DNA from: an uncultured Actinomycetes bacterium
Lineage (GTDB): Bacteria; Actinomycetota; UBA4738; HRBIN12
Length of the DNA: 64,000 bases
Direction: 5' to 3'
Assembly (NCBI GenBank): GCA_963704725.1
Contig: OY969934.1
Location: 2,912,001 to 2,976,000 of the forward strand
Made by a program: the position numbers and the translations under genes. The notes below the pieces were generated by a model. The model did no database searches and was not told where the DNA came from. It worked only from the letters and a program-made list of their open reading frames with translations. Positions 49,014 through 60,388 of this stretch are shown one piece after another; the stretch's first letter is position 1, and the number at the start of each line of letters is the position of its first letter.

Positions 49014-50108
49014 CTAGACCTTCGCCACCTGGTCGAACGAGAGCTCGACCGGCGTCTCGCGGTCGAAGATGTTGACGAGCACCTTCAGCTTGCTCTGATC
49101 GAGGTTGATCTCGCTGATCGTGCCGTTGAAGTCGGCGAACGGTCCCGAGATGATCCGCACCACGTCGCCCTCCTCGAATCCCAGGCGGAACTGCGGCTTC
49201 ACCTCTTCCTTCTTCACGACCAGGATCTTCTCGACCTCCCGCTTGGACAGCGGGGTCGGCTTGCTCCCGGTGCCGGCGGCGACGAAGCCGGTCACACCCG
49301 GCGTGTTGCGCACGACGTACCAGGAGTCGTTGTCGTAGATCATCTTCACGAGCAGGTACCCGGGGAAGACCTTCCGCTGGACGACCTGCTTCTTGCCGCT
49401 CTTGATCTCCATCACGTCTTCCATCGGGATGTGGACGTTGAAGATCTTGTCCTCCATCTGCATCGTGTGGATCCGCGACTCGAGATTGGTCTTCACCTTG
49501 TTCTCGTACCCGGCGTATGTGTGAACGACGTACCAGTCGCCGGGGCCCCGGAACGGATCGCGGGCGCGGCCCTCGGCCTCCTCGGCCTGGGCGGCCTCGG
49601 CGGCTTCCGCGGAGCCGTTGCCCTCGACCGACGCCGCCGCAGGCTCCGCGGCCGGCGGGGGCTCGGCGGCCGCGGGCTCGACCTCGGTCTCGGCGGACTC
49701 AGCCTCCGCGCTCGGCGGCAGGGCCTCGGCGGGCTCAGCCTCCGCGCTGGGCGCCTCGTCCCCGGCGGCCTCCACCGGGAGCGGCACCTCCTGCTCGAGC
49801 GGGACCTCCACCGGTTCGCCGGTCACCTCCGGGGTCTCGCCGGCCATGGCGGGAGGCTCCTCGTCGGACTGGCCCTGCTGGAGATCCTCGGCGGCCTCGG
49901 GGACGTCGGGCTCGCCGAGGGCAACCTCGACCTCCGCCGCCGGCTCGGCCTCCGTCTGGGTCTCGCCCTCGGCTCGTGCCTCGATCTCGGTTTCGGACTC
50001 GATGGGCTCGCCGGGCTGGGCCGATGCGCCCTCGGGATCGGCGCCGCCCACCGGCTCGGCCGGTGCCGGGACGTTCTCGTCCGAAACGGATTCGGGGATC
50101 TGGTTCAT
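49014..50108 (-). CDS. nusG: Transcription factor NusG with ~185-aa acidic N-terminal extension
   Basis: [51 protein letters not shown]; GGAGG not evident, extension open from ATG 50108. Confidence 0.97.
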   Translation of the reverse strand: MNQIPESVSDENVPAPAEPVGGADPEGASAQPGEPIESETEIEARAEGETQTEAEPAAEVEVALGEPDVPEAAEDLQQGQSDEEPPAMAGETPEVTGEPVEVPLEQEVPLPVEAAGDEAPSAEAEPAEALPPSAEAESAETEVEPAAAEPPPAAEPAAASVEGNGSAEAAEAAQAEEAEGRARDPFRGPGDWYVVHTYAGYENKVKTNLESRIHTMQMEDKIFNVHIPMEDVMEIKSGKKQVVQRKVFPGYLLVKMIYDNDSWYVVRNTPGVTGFVAAGTGSKPTPLSKREVEKILVVKKEEVKPQFRLGFEEGDVVRIISGPFADFNGTISEINLDQSKLKVLVNIFDRETPVELSFDQVAKV

Positions 50109-50124
50109 GAGGAGGACCTCTGGA

Positions 50125-50415
50125 TCAGTTGGTGAAGACGTCGAGCACGAATCGTGAGAACAGCACGTCGAGCCCGAACACGAACGACGTGACCACGATG
50201 ACCGAGCAGAGCACGACGATCGTGTAGGTCACGAGCTCCTTGCGCGTCGGCCAGATGACCTTCTTCAGCTCCTGACGGACCTCCTTCAGGAACTGACGCA
50301 CGCCGGTGCGTTCGCGCCGCTGCTGGAGCTGCGCTCGACGCGCCTGCTGTGCCGCCTGGACGCGCTCGACCTGCGTGCCCTGGCGACGCTGCGCTCGCTT
50401 CATCTGCCTGTTCAT
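50125..50415 (-). CDS. secE: Preprotein translocase subunit SecE
   Basis: FLKEVRQELKKVIWPTRKEL followed by one TM; ATG 50415 after GGGAG. Confidence 0.95.
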   Translation of the reverse strand: MNRQMKRAQRRQGTQVERVQAAQQARRAQLQQRRERTGVRQFLKEVRQELKKVIWPTRKELVTYTIVVLCSVIVVTSFVFGLDVLFSRFVLDVFTN

Positions 50416-50430
50416 CGTGCTACTCCCTTG

Positions 50431-50504
50431 CAGGGGCGGAGGGACTCGAACCCCCAACCGCCGGTTTTGGAGACCGGTGCTCTACCAGGTTGAGCTACGC
50501 CCCT
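50431..50504 (-). tRNA. tRNA-Trp (CCA)
   Basis: AGGGGCG/CGCCCCT acceptor, CCGGT-CTCCAAA-ACCGG anticodon arm, GGTTCGAGTCC T-arm. Confidence 0.97.
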
Positions 50505-50546
50505 CCGTGCAGCGGTCCGGCCGGAAGTCGGGGACACCGAACGCCC

Positions 50547-50575
50547 AGTATAGGGGTGCCCCTCAGGCTCGGCAA
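50547..50575 (-). promoter_or_regulatory. Promoter of tRNA-Trp-secE-nusG
   Basis: TTGCCG-N17-TATACT. Confidence 0.75.
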
Positions 50576-50729
50576 AGGTCGCCCGGAGGGGCCGCGAGCG
50601 ATTCCCGCAGGTCATTCCGGGCGTTCGTCGCGATCGTGTGTTCGTGCCCGCAGGTGCGTGATGTTGCACCAGCCCTCTCCTAGACTGCACGGGACGCGTC
50701 GCGCCGGCCCCGGAAATGCGAGCGCCGAT

Positions 50730-52604
50730 ATGGACGAGCCGGTTCCTTCCCCGCCCGGCGACGATCGGGCGAGGCGCCGCGGCCTCTTCGCCGGCCGCGA
50801 GCATGGCAACCCCGACGACGTGCTCGACGACGCCGCGCGGCGGGTCGAGCAGCTGATGGGCAGTCAGCAGGCCACGATCCAGCGTCAGCTGGAGGAGGGC
50901 ATGCACCGGATCCAGACCACCGCCAGCTCGCTGATGCACGAGATCGCGAGCGAGGTGTGGCGCACGGCCGGCGGTGACAAGGACGACGCTCGGTCCGCGA
51001 TCCTGGCCGAGCTCTCGAGGGATCAGGCCATCCGGAGCCTGATCGCGCACTCGGACGAGCGATTCCAGGCGCTCGCCGTCCGGACGGCGCGGCTCGAGGA
51101 CACGCTGAACCACGTGGCGGAGTCGATGCAGGCAACGCGGGACCAGCTCGCCGATCGCGTGGGCGTGCTCGGCTCCACGGAGGAAGGCGACGCTCGCGAG
51201 AGCGAGCTCCGGAGACAGCTCGCGGAGGTCACGAGACAGGTCGCCGCAGCCCTCGGAACGCTGACCGAGCGCGACGAGGCGATCGTCGACGCGGTTCGCG
51301 CCAGCGTCCGCGAGCACGGCGAGCTCATCACGCACGAGACCACCCGGATCTCGGCCGCGATGGAGTCGTACGTGCAGCACGGGGTCGAGGCCATCGGCCA
51401 GCTCGCCGGCAGCGTCGACGTGCAGCTGCACGCGCTCGCGACGCGCGACGGGGAGGTGGCCGATCGGATCGGCAAGACCGTCGAGGAGCAGATGACGCTG
51501 CTCGCCGAGCAGTTCCAGCTCATGTACGAGCGGATGACGATCGACACGTCGTCCGTCACGGAGGCGGTTCGCCTGCACACGTCGCGGAGCGACGAGCGCA
51601 TCCGCGCCGTCGGTGACTACCTCGAGCTCCTCGGCGAGCGCATCGACGTGACGTCCCGGGACGCGGTCGCCGAGGTTCGGACCGCCCTGGAGACGCGCGT
51701 CATGGGCCTCGCGCAGCTCGTTCGCTCCGACTCCGAGGCCCTGCGGCGCGAGCTGGTCCGCTCCACCGCGTCGCTCGACGAGCGGACCGCGTCGTTGCTC
51801 GACGAGCGTCTCGCCGCCGTCTCGACCGCCGTCACCGAGGGCACGGCCCGCATGATCGACGAGCTCGGCCGGTGGATGCAGGAGGAAACCGCTCGCGCCA
51901 TCCGCGGCTCGATCGAGGAGGCCCTCGTCCGTCTCGATGCACAGGCGGAGGAGCGGTCGCGGCGCCTCGACGTTCGCACGGACGAGACCCTCTCGTCGAT
52001 CGACCGGACCATGGTTCGGATGACCGACGCCGTGGAGGGCCAGTTCGAGCGGCTCGGCCGGGCCGTGGGCGACCGCGCGGCCTACGCCGCAGACGCCGCC
52101 ATCGGCGCGCGCTTCGACGACGTGCTGGCTCGCCTGCACGACGCGACGGGGACGATCGAACGGCTCGAACGGACGCTCGAGGACGGCCCCGCCCAGATCG
52201 AGGCGACGATCGCCTCGACCGTGGACACGCGCATCTCCTCGTTGGCCCGCCTCGTCCGATCGGACAACGAGACCCTCGCGGCCCAGATCGTTGCCGACCA
52301 GGAGGCCTCCAAGCAGGCCCTGCGATCCATGAAGGAGCTGCAGGCGAACCTCCCCGCCGAGGTCATCGAGATGGTCGAGCAGCGGTTCGCCTCGCTGGCC
52401 GAGTCGATCGAGCGCTCGAACGAGATGCTCGCCAAGCGGATCGACCGGATGGCCGACAAGGTCGGCGAGCGCTACGGCAACGACATCCAGATCGTGATCG
52501 ACCGCATGGGCGACGCGATGCACGCGTTGGCCAGCCTGGGCCAGCCCCGGCCGGCGGCGGCGGCGCCTCGACGGGCCGCCGAGCCGCGGATCGAGCTCGA
52601 GTAG
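50730..52604 (+). CDS. Hypothetical all-helical coiled-coil/apolipoprotein-like protein (624 aa)
   Basis: Host-like codon use, Pro-poor A/E/R/L/D-rich helical sequence, no TM; TAGACT -10 at 50680. Confidence 0.75.
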   Translation: MDEPVPSPPGDDRARRRGLFAGREHGNPDDVLDDAARRVEQLMGSQQATIQRQLEEGMHRIQTTASSLMHEIASEVWRTAGGDKDDARSAILAELSRDQAIRSLIAHSDERFQALAVRTARLEDTLNHVAESMQATRDQLADRVGVLGSTEEGDARESELRRQLAEVTRQVAAALGTLTERDEAIVDAVRASVREHGELITHETTRISAAMESYVQHGVEAIGQLAGSVDVQLHALATRDGEVADRIGKTVEEQMTLLAEQFQLMYERMTIDTSSVTEAVRLHTSRSDERIRAVGDYLELLGERIDVTSRDAVAEVRTALETRVMGLAQLVRSDSEALRRELVRSTASLDERTASLLDERLAAVSTAVTEGTARMIDELGRWMQEETARAIRGSIEEALVRLDAQAEERSRRLDVRTDETLSSIDRTMVRMTDAVEGQFERLGRAVGDRAAYAADAAIGARFDDVLARLHDATGTIERLERTLEDGPAQIEATIASTVDTRISSLARLVRSDNETLAAQIVADQEASKQALRSMKELQANLPAEVIEMVEQRFASLAESIERSNEMLAKRIDRMADKVGERYGNDIQIVIDRMGDAMHALASLGQPRPAAAAPRRAAEPRIELE

Positions 52605-52620
52605 GCGCGGCGCGGACGCG

Positions 52621-53043
52621 TCACGCCAGTCGGACCTCGGCCTCGCCGCGCCGGATCGGCCACTCCGCCGCGCAGTCGCGCTCGAGCCTGACCCAGACGT
52701 CGATCGTCGCGGTCCGCGCTTCGTCGTCGACGGATCGAACGGTCCCGCCGGCGACGATCGTCTCGTCCACCAGCACGGGAGCCCGGAACAGCGCCCGCAT
52801 CCGGACGAGGAACGCGCCCTCCCCCGCCCAGTCGAGCACGCACGACGTCAGGTGTCCCATCGTGAGCATCCCGTGTGCGATGACGCGGGGGAAGCCCGCC
52901 GCGCGAGCCACCCGGTCGTCCTGGTGCAGCGGGTTCTGGTCGCCGGACGCGTCCGCGTAGGCCTTCACGTCTTGGCGCGTGAAGGCCCGTTCCCACGTCG
53001 GCAGCTCGTCCCCGACGCGGACGTCCTCGAACGAACGGCTCAC
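52621..53043 (-). CDS. MaoC/hotdog dehydratase, HadB-like
   Basis: YADASGDQNPLHQD...IAHGMLTMG hydratase-2 motif; FRAPV. Confidence 0.9.
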   Translation of the reverse strand: MSRSFEDVRVGDELPTWERAFTRQDVKAYADASGDQNPLHQDDRVARAAGFPRVIAHGMLTMGHLTSCVLDWAGEGAFLVRMRALFRAPVLVDETIVAGGTVRSVDDEARTATIDVWVRLERDCAAEWPIRRGEAEVRLA

Positions 53044-53432
53044 GATCCCGCTCGTTCGATCAGGGTGCTTCGGCCGATCGCGACCGTGGCGCCGGCCGCG
53101 TCTCGGAACTCCGCGCGGAGAACGAGGAAGCCGATCCCGCCCTTGACACGAACGTCCTCGATCGTCGCCTCCGCCGTGATCGTTTCACCGACCGACAACG
53201 AGCGCTCCCATCGGTACTCCTGTTCGCCGTGCAGGATCCGGGCGAGGTCCAGCCCCAGCTCGGGATCGCCCACCACCCGGGCCAACCCCGCGGCCAGCTC
53301 CGGCGCGGTCAGCAGGGTCGGCGGGACCGCATCGCCACGATGGCCGACCGCGGCCGCGAACGCCGCGACGCGATCAGGATGCAGCGTGAACGTTTCGGGG
53401 GGATACACCTTCCCGACGAGCGCGGCGTTCAC
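53040..53432 (-). CDS. Hotdog dehydratase partner, HadA-like
   Basis: VGKVYP...VAAFAAAVG...VPPT...LDLARILHGEQEY; synteny with rpmG and tRNA-Trp. Confidence 0.85.
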   Translation of the reverse strand: MNAALVGKVYPPETFTLHPDRVAAFAAAVGHRGDAVPPTLLTAPELAAGLARVVGDPELGLDLARILHGEQEYRWERSLSVGETITAEATIEDVRVKGGIGFLVLRAEFRDAAGATVAIGRSTLIERAGS

Positions 53433-53610
53433 GCTCGGCGGCCTCCATACGGACGTTCGACCGACATCGGTGTCCCACGCGCGGCGGTCTGCCGTTCTCC
53501 CGATTCACACGCCCCCATCGTGCTGCGAACGTAGCCCCGACGATGTACACGAGCAACCTGTCGGAGCTTCCGTGACTCGACCGATGCCGGGTCCTACGAT
53601 CGGCGAACCC

Positions 53611-54354
53611 ATGGGGCCAACCGTGAACCACGTCGGACCGGGGAACGGCAACGCCGCGGCGGAAAGCAACGGCGGCCCGACGCGGCCGATCACGGTTCTG
53701 ATCGTGGACGACGAGCGCACGTTCGGCGAAGCGCTCGAGCTCGCCCTGGAGCGCGAGGAGGACCTCAGGATCGTCGACGTCGCGACCGACGGCTCGGAGG
53801 CGGTGCGGTACGCGGATCGTTACCGGCCCGACGTCGTCCTCATGGACGTCGCCATGCCCGGGATGAACGGCATCGAGGCCACCCGCCGGATCAAGGAAGC
53901 GGCCCCGGATGTGCACGTCGTCATCCTCTCCGGACAGGACGACCAGTACCTGCTGGCGCGCGCGATGCAGGCCGGTGCGATCGGACTCCTGCGGAAGACA
54001 GAGGCGGTGGTGAACGTGGCCAGCATGGTTCGTCGCGCGCATCGCGGTGAGGCCCTGCATCCCCCGGACGAGGTCGAGGGCGCCCTCCGGCGTCTTCGTC
54101 ACCGCCGGGATCAGGAGGACGACGCGGCCCAGCGGCTCGAGAGGCTCACCCCTCGGGAGGTGGAGATCCTCTCGCACATGGCGGAGGGCCAGACGGCGGA
54201 GGAGATCACCGAGACGCTGGGGATGAGCCCGAACACGCTCCGCACCCACATGCAGAACGTGCTCACGAAGCTCGGCGTGCACTCGAAGATGGAGGCGCTC
54301 GTCCTCGCCATCCGACACGGGAAGGTCTCGACCGTCGACCTCACCGAGGGCTGA
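53611..54354 (+). CDS. NarL/LuxR-family response regulator
   Basis: VLIVDD, PDVVLMDVAMPGMNGIEA, LLRK, LTPREVEIL...TLRTHMQNVLTKLGV; start uncertain (53584-53623). Confidence 0.92.
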   Translation: MGPTVNHVGPGNGNAAAESNGGPTRPITVLIVDDERTFGEALELALEREEDLRIVDVATDGSEAVRYADRYRPDVVLMDVAMPGMNGIEATRRIKEAAPDVHVVILSGQDDQYLLARAMQAGAIGLLRKTEAVVNVASMVRRAHRGEALHPPDEVEGALRRLRHRRDQEDDAAQRLERLTPREVEILSHMAEGQTAEEITETLGMSPNTLRTHMQNVLTKLGVHSKMEALVLAIRHGKVSTVDLTEG

Positions 54355-54380
54355 GCCGGCGAGGCACCGCGAGACCGCCG

Positions 54381-54545
54381 CTACCGCGTCTCGCGATGCA
54401 GCGTGTGCCGCCGCTCCCAGCGGCAGTACTTCCGCAGCTCGATGCGGTCCCGGTCGTTGATCCGGTTCTTCACCGTGACGTAGTTCCGGCGCTTGCACTC
54501 GGTGCACGCCAGCGTGATCTTCGGTCGGTTGTCGCCCTTGGCCAT
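54381..54545 (-). CDS. rpmG: 50S ribosomal protein L33
   Basis: Manual translation [54 protein letters not shown] (below ORF-track size cut-off). Confidence 0.97.
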   Translation of the reverse strand: MAKGDNRPKITLACTECKRRNYVTVKNRINDRDRIELRKYCRWERRHTLHRETR

Positions 54546-54565
54546 GGCCTCTTCCCGGATCCTCG

Positions 54566-55750
<1,185 letters not shown>

Positions 55751-55790
55751 CTCGTCGTGCTCCTTCTCGGTTCCTCGAGGGATCAGCTCG

Positions 55791-55862
55791 TAGCGGGGGC
55801 GGGATTCGAACCCGCGACACAGCGATTATGAGCCGCTTGCTCTGCCACTGAGCTACCCCGCC
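55791..55862 (-). tRNA. tRNA with CAT anticodon, probably elongator tRNA-Met
   Basis: GGCGGGG/CCCCGCT acceptor, AGCGG-CTCATAA-TCGCT arm, GGTTCGAATCC; lacks initiator features; TAGACT -10 at 55878. Confidence 0.92.
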
Positions 55863-55959
55863 CCGGCGCGGGAAGGAAGTCTACCGGCCGTCGCCGTGCA
55901 CGGCATCCCTGACCAGGGCATACCCGCACCGCACCGGTCGACCCTCGGCACGGCGCCCC

Positions 55960-56730
55960 TCACACCGAGGGGCCGAACCGGAAGTCGCCGAAGGAGGACC
56001 GGCCGTCGTCGTCGTCCGGCGCCGTGTTCACGCGGAGGCCGTGCCGGGTCAGGCCCCCGTACCGGTCCATGTCCGCCGGGTTCAGCGTGTGTCCCACGGT
56101 CTCGCACGTCGACACCCGGACCCGGACGTGGGGCCCCTCGAAGTCGAGGAGGACGCGGACGGTGTCCCCGTTGTCGAAATCGATGTCCGAGGTCCGCGAG
56201 GCGAAGTAGGTCACGGCGCGACCCTGCTTCTTGCCGATCGCCAGCATCCCGCCGGGGTTGACGGGCGTGCGCTCCAGCTTCACGAACAGGTTGTTGTCGG
56301 CGTCGGCGCACCGGAAGACGACGCCGGCGTTGGCCCTCCGGTTCGTCGGCGACAGCGTGAGCATCACCTCGAGCAGGCCGTTCGCGGCCCCCGTGTCCAC
56401 CACGGCCGTGCAGACCTCCTGGCGGAACCGCGGCGTCGCCACGGCCCGGCCCGAGCGGATCGTCCACGCGCCGGCGTCCTCCTCCCACGTCTGGCCGGTT
56501 CCCGCCGTCCCGATCGGACCGTCGGGCCGGGCGAACCCGTCCGCGACCGTGGCCGCGCTCGCATCGAGCGGCTCGATCGGACAGGCTGGCGCCTCGGACT
56601 CCGAGCCGCGGCACCCGCCCAGGGCGAACGCCATGGCCGACAGTCCGGCCAGCCGCAGCGCGGCCCGCCGGTCGAGCACCCGGCCCCCCGGTCCCCCACC
56701 CGGGAGCGCGGGCCGGTGGATCCGGCTCAC
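55960..56730 (-). CDS. Putative lipoprotein with beta-sandwich (ConA/laminin-G-like) domain
   Basis: C-terminal part of ORF 55960..60255: LDRRAAL...MAFALGGC (twin-Arg-like plus lipobox), DGFARPDG, NAGVVFR; start 56730 or 56679. Confidence 0.65.
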   Translation of the reverse strand: MSRIHRPALPGGGPGGRVLDRRAALRLAGLSAMAFALGGCRGSESEAPACPIEPLDASAATVADGFARPDGPIGTAGTGQTWEEDAGAWTIRSGRAVATPRFRQEVCTAVVDTGAANGLLEVMLTLSPTNRRANAGVVFRCADADNNLFVKLERTPVNPGGMLAIGKKQGRAVTYFASRTSDIDFDNGDTVRVLLDFEGPHVRVRVSTCETVGHTLNPADMDRYGGLTRHGLRVNTAPDDDDGRSSFGDFRFGPSV

Positions 56731-59700
56731 TGACTGATGGGGACGGTGACCGTGGCGGTCGCGGTCGACGTGTTCCCGCAGGCGTCGGTCGCCGAGTAGG
56801 TAATCGTGTAGACGCGCCCGGTCCCGCGCTCCGATCGCTCGGCTCGCAGGCGGAACGTGTCCATGTCGACGATGACGATGTCGTGCTTGGTCTTGCCGTC
56901 CACGCCGCCGGGCGCGTCGTCGGGCTCGTTGGACGTGACGGAGACGAGCTCGAACGTCGGGCTCGGGTCCGCGCCGTCGGAGATCGTGATCGTGGCCTGC
57001 ACCGTCCGGTACTTGTGGTTCGGCGGCCAGAGCTGGGTCGGCGAGACGGAGACCGAGAGGTCCGGGGCCGTCACGTCGCGGCAGAACGCGGCGACCTGGG
57101 GGTCGTGGTCGCTCGCCCCGCGCGCCCCGTCCCCGTCGAAGTCGGCCGGCCAATCGCTGTTCACGTGCGCCGCGCGGAAGTCTCGGAGCGTGTCGAAGAG
57201 CGCGGGCGTCACGAACAGGTTGTCGAGCGTCTGGGTCTGCCCCTGGAAGACGTAGCTGTAGGCGCTCGAGGGCGCCTCGTCCACGAGCACCTCCCACAGG
57301 TTCTCCAGCCCCTGGTCGTAGAGCGCGCCGAGCTGGTCGCTGGGGAACAGCGGATCGCCGGGCGCGAACGGGTCGTCGGGCCGGGGGTACACGTTGAGGT
57401 CCCCGCCCACCGCGACGAGCGCGTCCGGATCGGCGCTCTGGAGCGCGTCGACGATCGCCGCGTCGTAGGCGGCCTGTTCGGTCCGCTGCCCCACCCGGGC
57501 GTTCGGCGTGCTGCTGAAGTGGTTGCTCACCGCGTACAGGTCGAGCGAGGTCCCCTCGCCGATCGCGCCCTGCCAGATCCGGAACAGACCGACCTGCGGC
57601 GCTCGGGTGAACACGTTCGAGCCGTCGACGCCGGTGCTCGTGTCCACGTCGGGCGGCAGGACGGCGTTCAGGACCTTGGGGTTCGAGACGTCGGCGTTGT
57701 AGCCGAGCGCGGTCCCTCGGTAGTCCACCGTGGGCGAGCTCCCCAGCACGGGGTCGCCCGCCGGGGCCGGCAGCAGCTCGACCCGGTCGGTCCGATACAG
57801 GAACGCCGAGACGATCCCCCGGTCGTCGGCGCCGTCGCGATCGTAGGCGGCGTCGTACGCCGGCCCGCCCTGGGCCGCGATCGTGACCGCGAGCTCCTGC
57901 AGCGTGTCGGGCTTGCCGTCGGCGTCGTCCGTGGCGCCGCAGGCGAGCGCGCCGCCGCTCACCGTGCAGATGTCCTGGTCCTCGGCCTCCTGCACCAGCA
58001 GGATGTCGGGCCCGTGCAGGTCGGTGACGACCTGCTGCGCGATGACGCCCAGGCGCGCCTCGTAGGCGGCCTCGCTCGCCGGCACGTAGTCGAAGGGCGG
58101 GCTCACGCCCGGGCAGCCGGTGTTCCCGGCGAAGTCGCACCCGTCGAACGGGTCGTCGCGGTAGTCGTACAGGTTCTCCATGTTGAAGGTGGCCAGGCTG
58201 AACTGCTGGTCGCGGTCGATGGCCTGGACGGGCGCGTTCGTGGAGGGATCCACGCCGTGTGCGAGCTGCAGCTGCTCGCCCACCTGGATCTGGTACTTGT
58301 CGAACGAGAAGTACACACCCCCCACGCCGGCGTCCGTCATCGTGTCGAACGTCCGGGCCGGCGCGATGAGGGCCGTGTTGTCGCCCGCCGCGGCCTTGAT
58401 GCCGAGGCTCCCCATGATGATCCGGAAGCCGTTCCCGTCGTCGAACAGCGCCGGATCGTCGTCCAGCGGATGCGGGTCGCGGAACACCCTCCGCGCGTAC
58501 GGGTCGGCACGCTGTGCCACGGGGTGGTCGCCCCGGATGACCCACACCTCCCCGTCGGCCGTGCTCGGGAACACGTCCCGCCGGCCGACGACGACGCTGC
58601 CGGAGGGCACCTCGGCCCGCATGCCCTCGCGGCGCTCCCAGTACCGGTTCGCGTCGGCGAGGACGTCCGGCGGGGCCGCGTCGAACGCGGGGACCTCGGC
58701 GCCGAGGTCGACGCCGGTGCGGACCACGTCGACGACCGAGAGCCCCGCGCTGAGCTCGGTCAGGCTGAAGAACTCGGACACCCGCCCCGCGAGGACGATC
58801 TCGTCGCCCACCTGCGGCGCGTACGTGCCGCCGCCCGAACGCAGCAGCGTGGTGAAGCTCCCCATGAACACGAAGATCCCGTCGGAGGAGTGGGGATCGG
58901 CGTCGGCCGAAGCGGCCGCGTCCTGGATGAAGAGCCCGTTCTGGTTCGCCCCGGCGCTCGTCCGGGCCAGGGTCTTCTCGTACACGACGGCGCGCACGGC
59001 CACGGTGGTGGTCCCCGCGGCGTTCCCGGTGGCCGGCGCGAACGGCGAGCGGAACGTGAGCCCGTCGTCCGAGTCCCCCACTGATCCCTGCACCGCCCCG
59101 ATCGTCATCAGCTCGGCCACGACCACGGTGAGCGAGCACGTCCCCGTCTGCGGGCTCGGGTCGTCGTTCGTGGCGGTGACGGTGACCGAGTAGATGCCCG
59201 GCGGGACGGCGTCGTCCACGGTGACGACGGCGCTCGCCGTGCCCCCGACCCCGCCGGCCGGCACGAGGCTCCCGGCGGTGATCGAGCCCGGCGCCGGCGA
59301 GGGCGTGACGTTCGCGACGGCGATGTCGACGACGGTTCCGTCGGCGTCGCTCGCGGTGACGGTGCGCGCGGCGGCGTAGCCCTCGGCCGTGGTGAGCGTG
59401 TTCCCGCAGGTGGCGATGACGGCCGCGTTCGACGGCCCACACGTGTGGAGCGGCGACACGGTGTTGCGGGGTGTCGGGGCGCCCGTCGCGAAGTCGGCGG
59501 CGTTGTCGTCGGTCTCGGCGCAGCCGTCGGAGCCGCGAAGGGCCGCGATCGTGTTGCTCGGCGCCGGCGTGGGGCCGGAGCCCTCGAAGAAGTTCGCGTT
59601 CCCGTAGCCGACGAGATCGACGATCGTGGCCAGCGCGGCGGGCGTGCACGGCGTGGAGCCGCCGTTGCACCCGAGCGGCGTGGTCGTGTCGACGAGCGCG

Positions 59701-60128
59701 ACCTTCCCGCCGCCGCCGGCCATCGCGATCGGCGTGGCGTCGACGACATCGGGCGTCGGGAGCGGCGTGGTCCCGCCGGTGCCCTGCGCCTCCTGGATCA
59801 GGAAGTACTGCCCGGGTCCGATCGAAACGGCCGGCAGCTCGGTGAGCATCGTGCTCGACGAGCCGAACGTTCCCGTGCCGGTCGCGCTCGCGTACTGCAC
59901 GGACCAGCCGGCGACCGAGACGCTCGAGGAGCCCAGGTTGTACAGCTCGACGAAGTCGTGGGTGTAGGTGGCGCCGCTGTTCCCCCCACCCCCGTACACC
60001 TGGCTCACGACGAGGCCGGCGGACACCGCTTGCGTGGTCGCCGGCACGAGGACGAGCGCCGCCACCATCGAAAGGACGGCCGCGAACGACCCGATGGCCC
60101 GCCGCCGGAACGAAGCCCGAGCACCCAC
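56727..60128 (-). CDS. Large secreted nuclease, ExeM/NucH-like (lamin-tail domain, OB fold, EEP domain)
   Basis: Signal peptide; VVSQVYGGGGNSGA..DFVELYN (LTD); TIGAVQG, SDGIFV; ATFNMENL, VQE, NHFSS, GGDLN, SYVFQG..TLDN, SDHDP; C-terminal LWPPNHK module. Confidence 0.9.
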   Translation of the reverse strand: MGARASFRRRAIGSFAAVLSMVAALVLVPATTQAVSAGLVVSQVYGGGGNSGATYTHDFVELYNLGSSSVSVAGWSVQYASATGTGTFGSSSTMLTELPAVSIGPGQYFLIQEAQGTGGTTPLPTPDVVDATPIAMAGGGGKVALVDTTTPLGCNGGSTPCTPAALATIVDLVGYGNANFFEGSGPTPAPSNTIAALRGSDGCAETDDNAADFATGAPTPRNTVSPLHTCGPSNAAVIATCGNTLTTAEGYAAARTVTASDADGTVVDIAVANVTPSPAPGSITAGSLVPAGGVGGTASAVVTVDDAVPPGIYSVTVTATNDDPSPQTGTCSLTVVVAELMTIGAVQGSVGDSDDGLTFRSPFAPATGNAAGTTTVAVRAVVYEKTLARTSAGANQNGLFIQDAAASADADPHSSDGIFVFMGSFTTLLRSGGGTYAPQVGDEIVLAGRVSEFFSLTELSAGLSVVDVVRTGVDLGAEVPAFDAAPPDVLADANRYWERREGMRAEVPSGSVVVGRRDVFPSTADGEVWVIRGDHPVAQRADPYARRVFRDPHPLDDDPALFDDGNGFRIIMGSLGIKAAAGDNTALIAPARTFDTMTDAGVGGVYFSFDKYQIQVGEQLQLAHGVDPSTNAPVQAIDRDQQFSLATFNMENLYDYRDDPFDGCDFAGNTGCPGVSPPFDYVPASEAAYEARLGVIAQQVVTDLHGPDILLVQEAEDQDICTVSGGALACGATDDADGKPDTLQELAVTIAAQGGPAYDAAYDRDGADDRGIVSAFLYRTDRVELLPAPAGDPVLGSSPTVDYRGTALGYNADVSNPKVLNAVLPPDVDTSTGVDGSNVFTRAPQVGLFRIWQGAIGEGTSLDLYAVSNHFSSTPNARVGQRTEQAAYDAAIVDALQSADPDALVAVGGDLNVYPRPDDPFAPGDPLFPSDQLGALYDQGLENLWEVLVDEAPSSAYSYVFQGQTQTLDNLFVTPALFDTLRDFRAAHVNSDWPADFDGDGARGASDHDPQVAAFCRDVTAPDLSVSVSPTQLWPPNHKYRTVQATITISDGADPSPTFELVSVTSNEPDDAPGGVDGKTKHDIVIVDMDTFRLRAERSERGTGRVYTITYSATDACGNTSTATATVTVPISQ

Positions 60129-60388
60129 GTCGATCCCCTCCCAAGCGCGACCGCGTGGGGTCGCGGAGCCGATGAGCTGCCAGACGCCAGCCTAAGCCAG
60201 TGTTGCGCCCTCGTGCTACGTGACGGTGACGGCGGCGCGTCCTGGAGGCGAACACCGGGGTCGGGCTCCCATCGGTGAGCGGTCGCCGCCGATGCCGGCG
60301 GAACCGTTCGGGGGCACCGAGCCGTCGGTTGTGGACGGGCTTGCGCTGGGTACGGTCCGATCGCGATTCGAGATGAGAGGGGTCTCAG

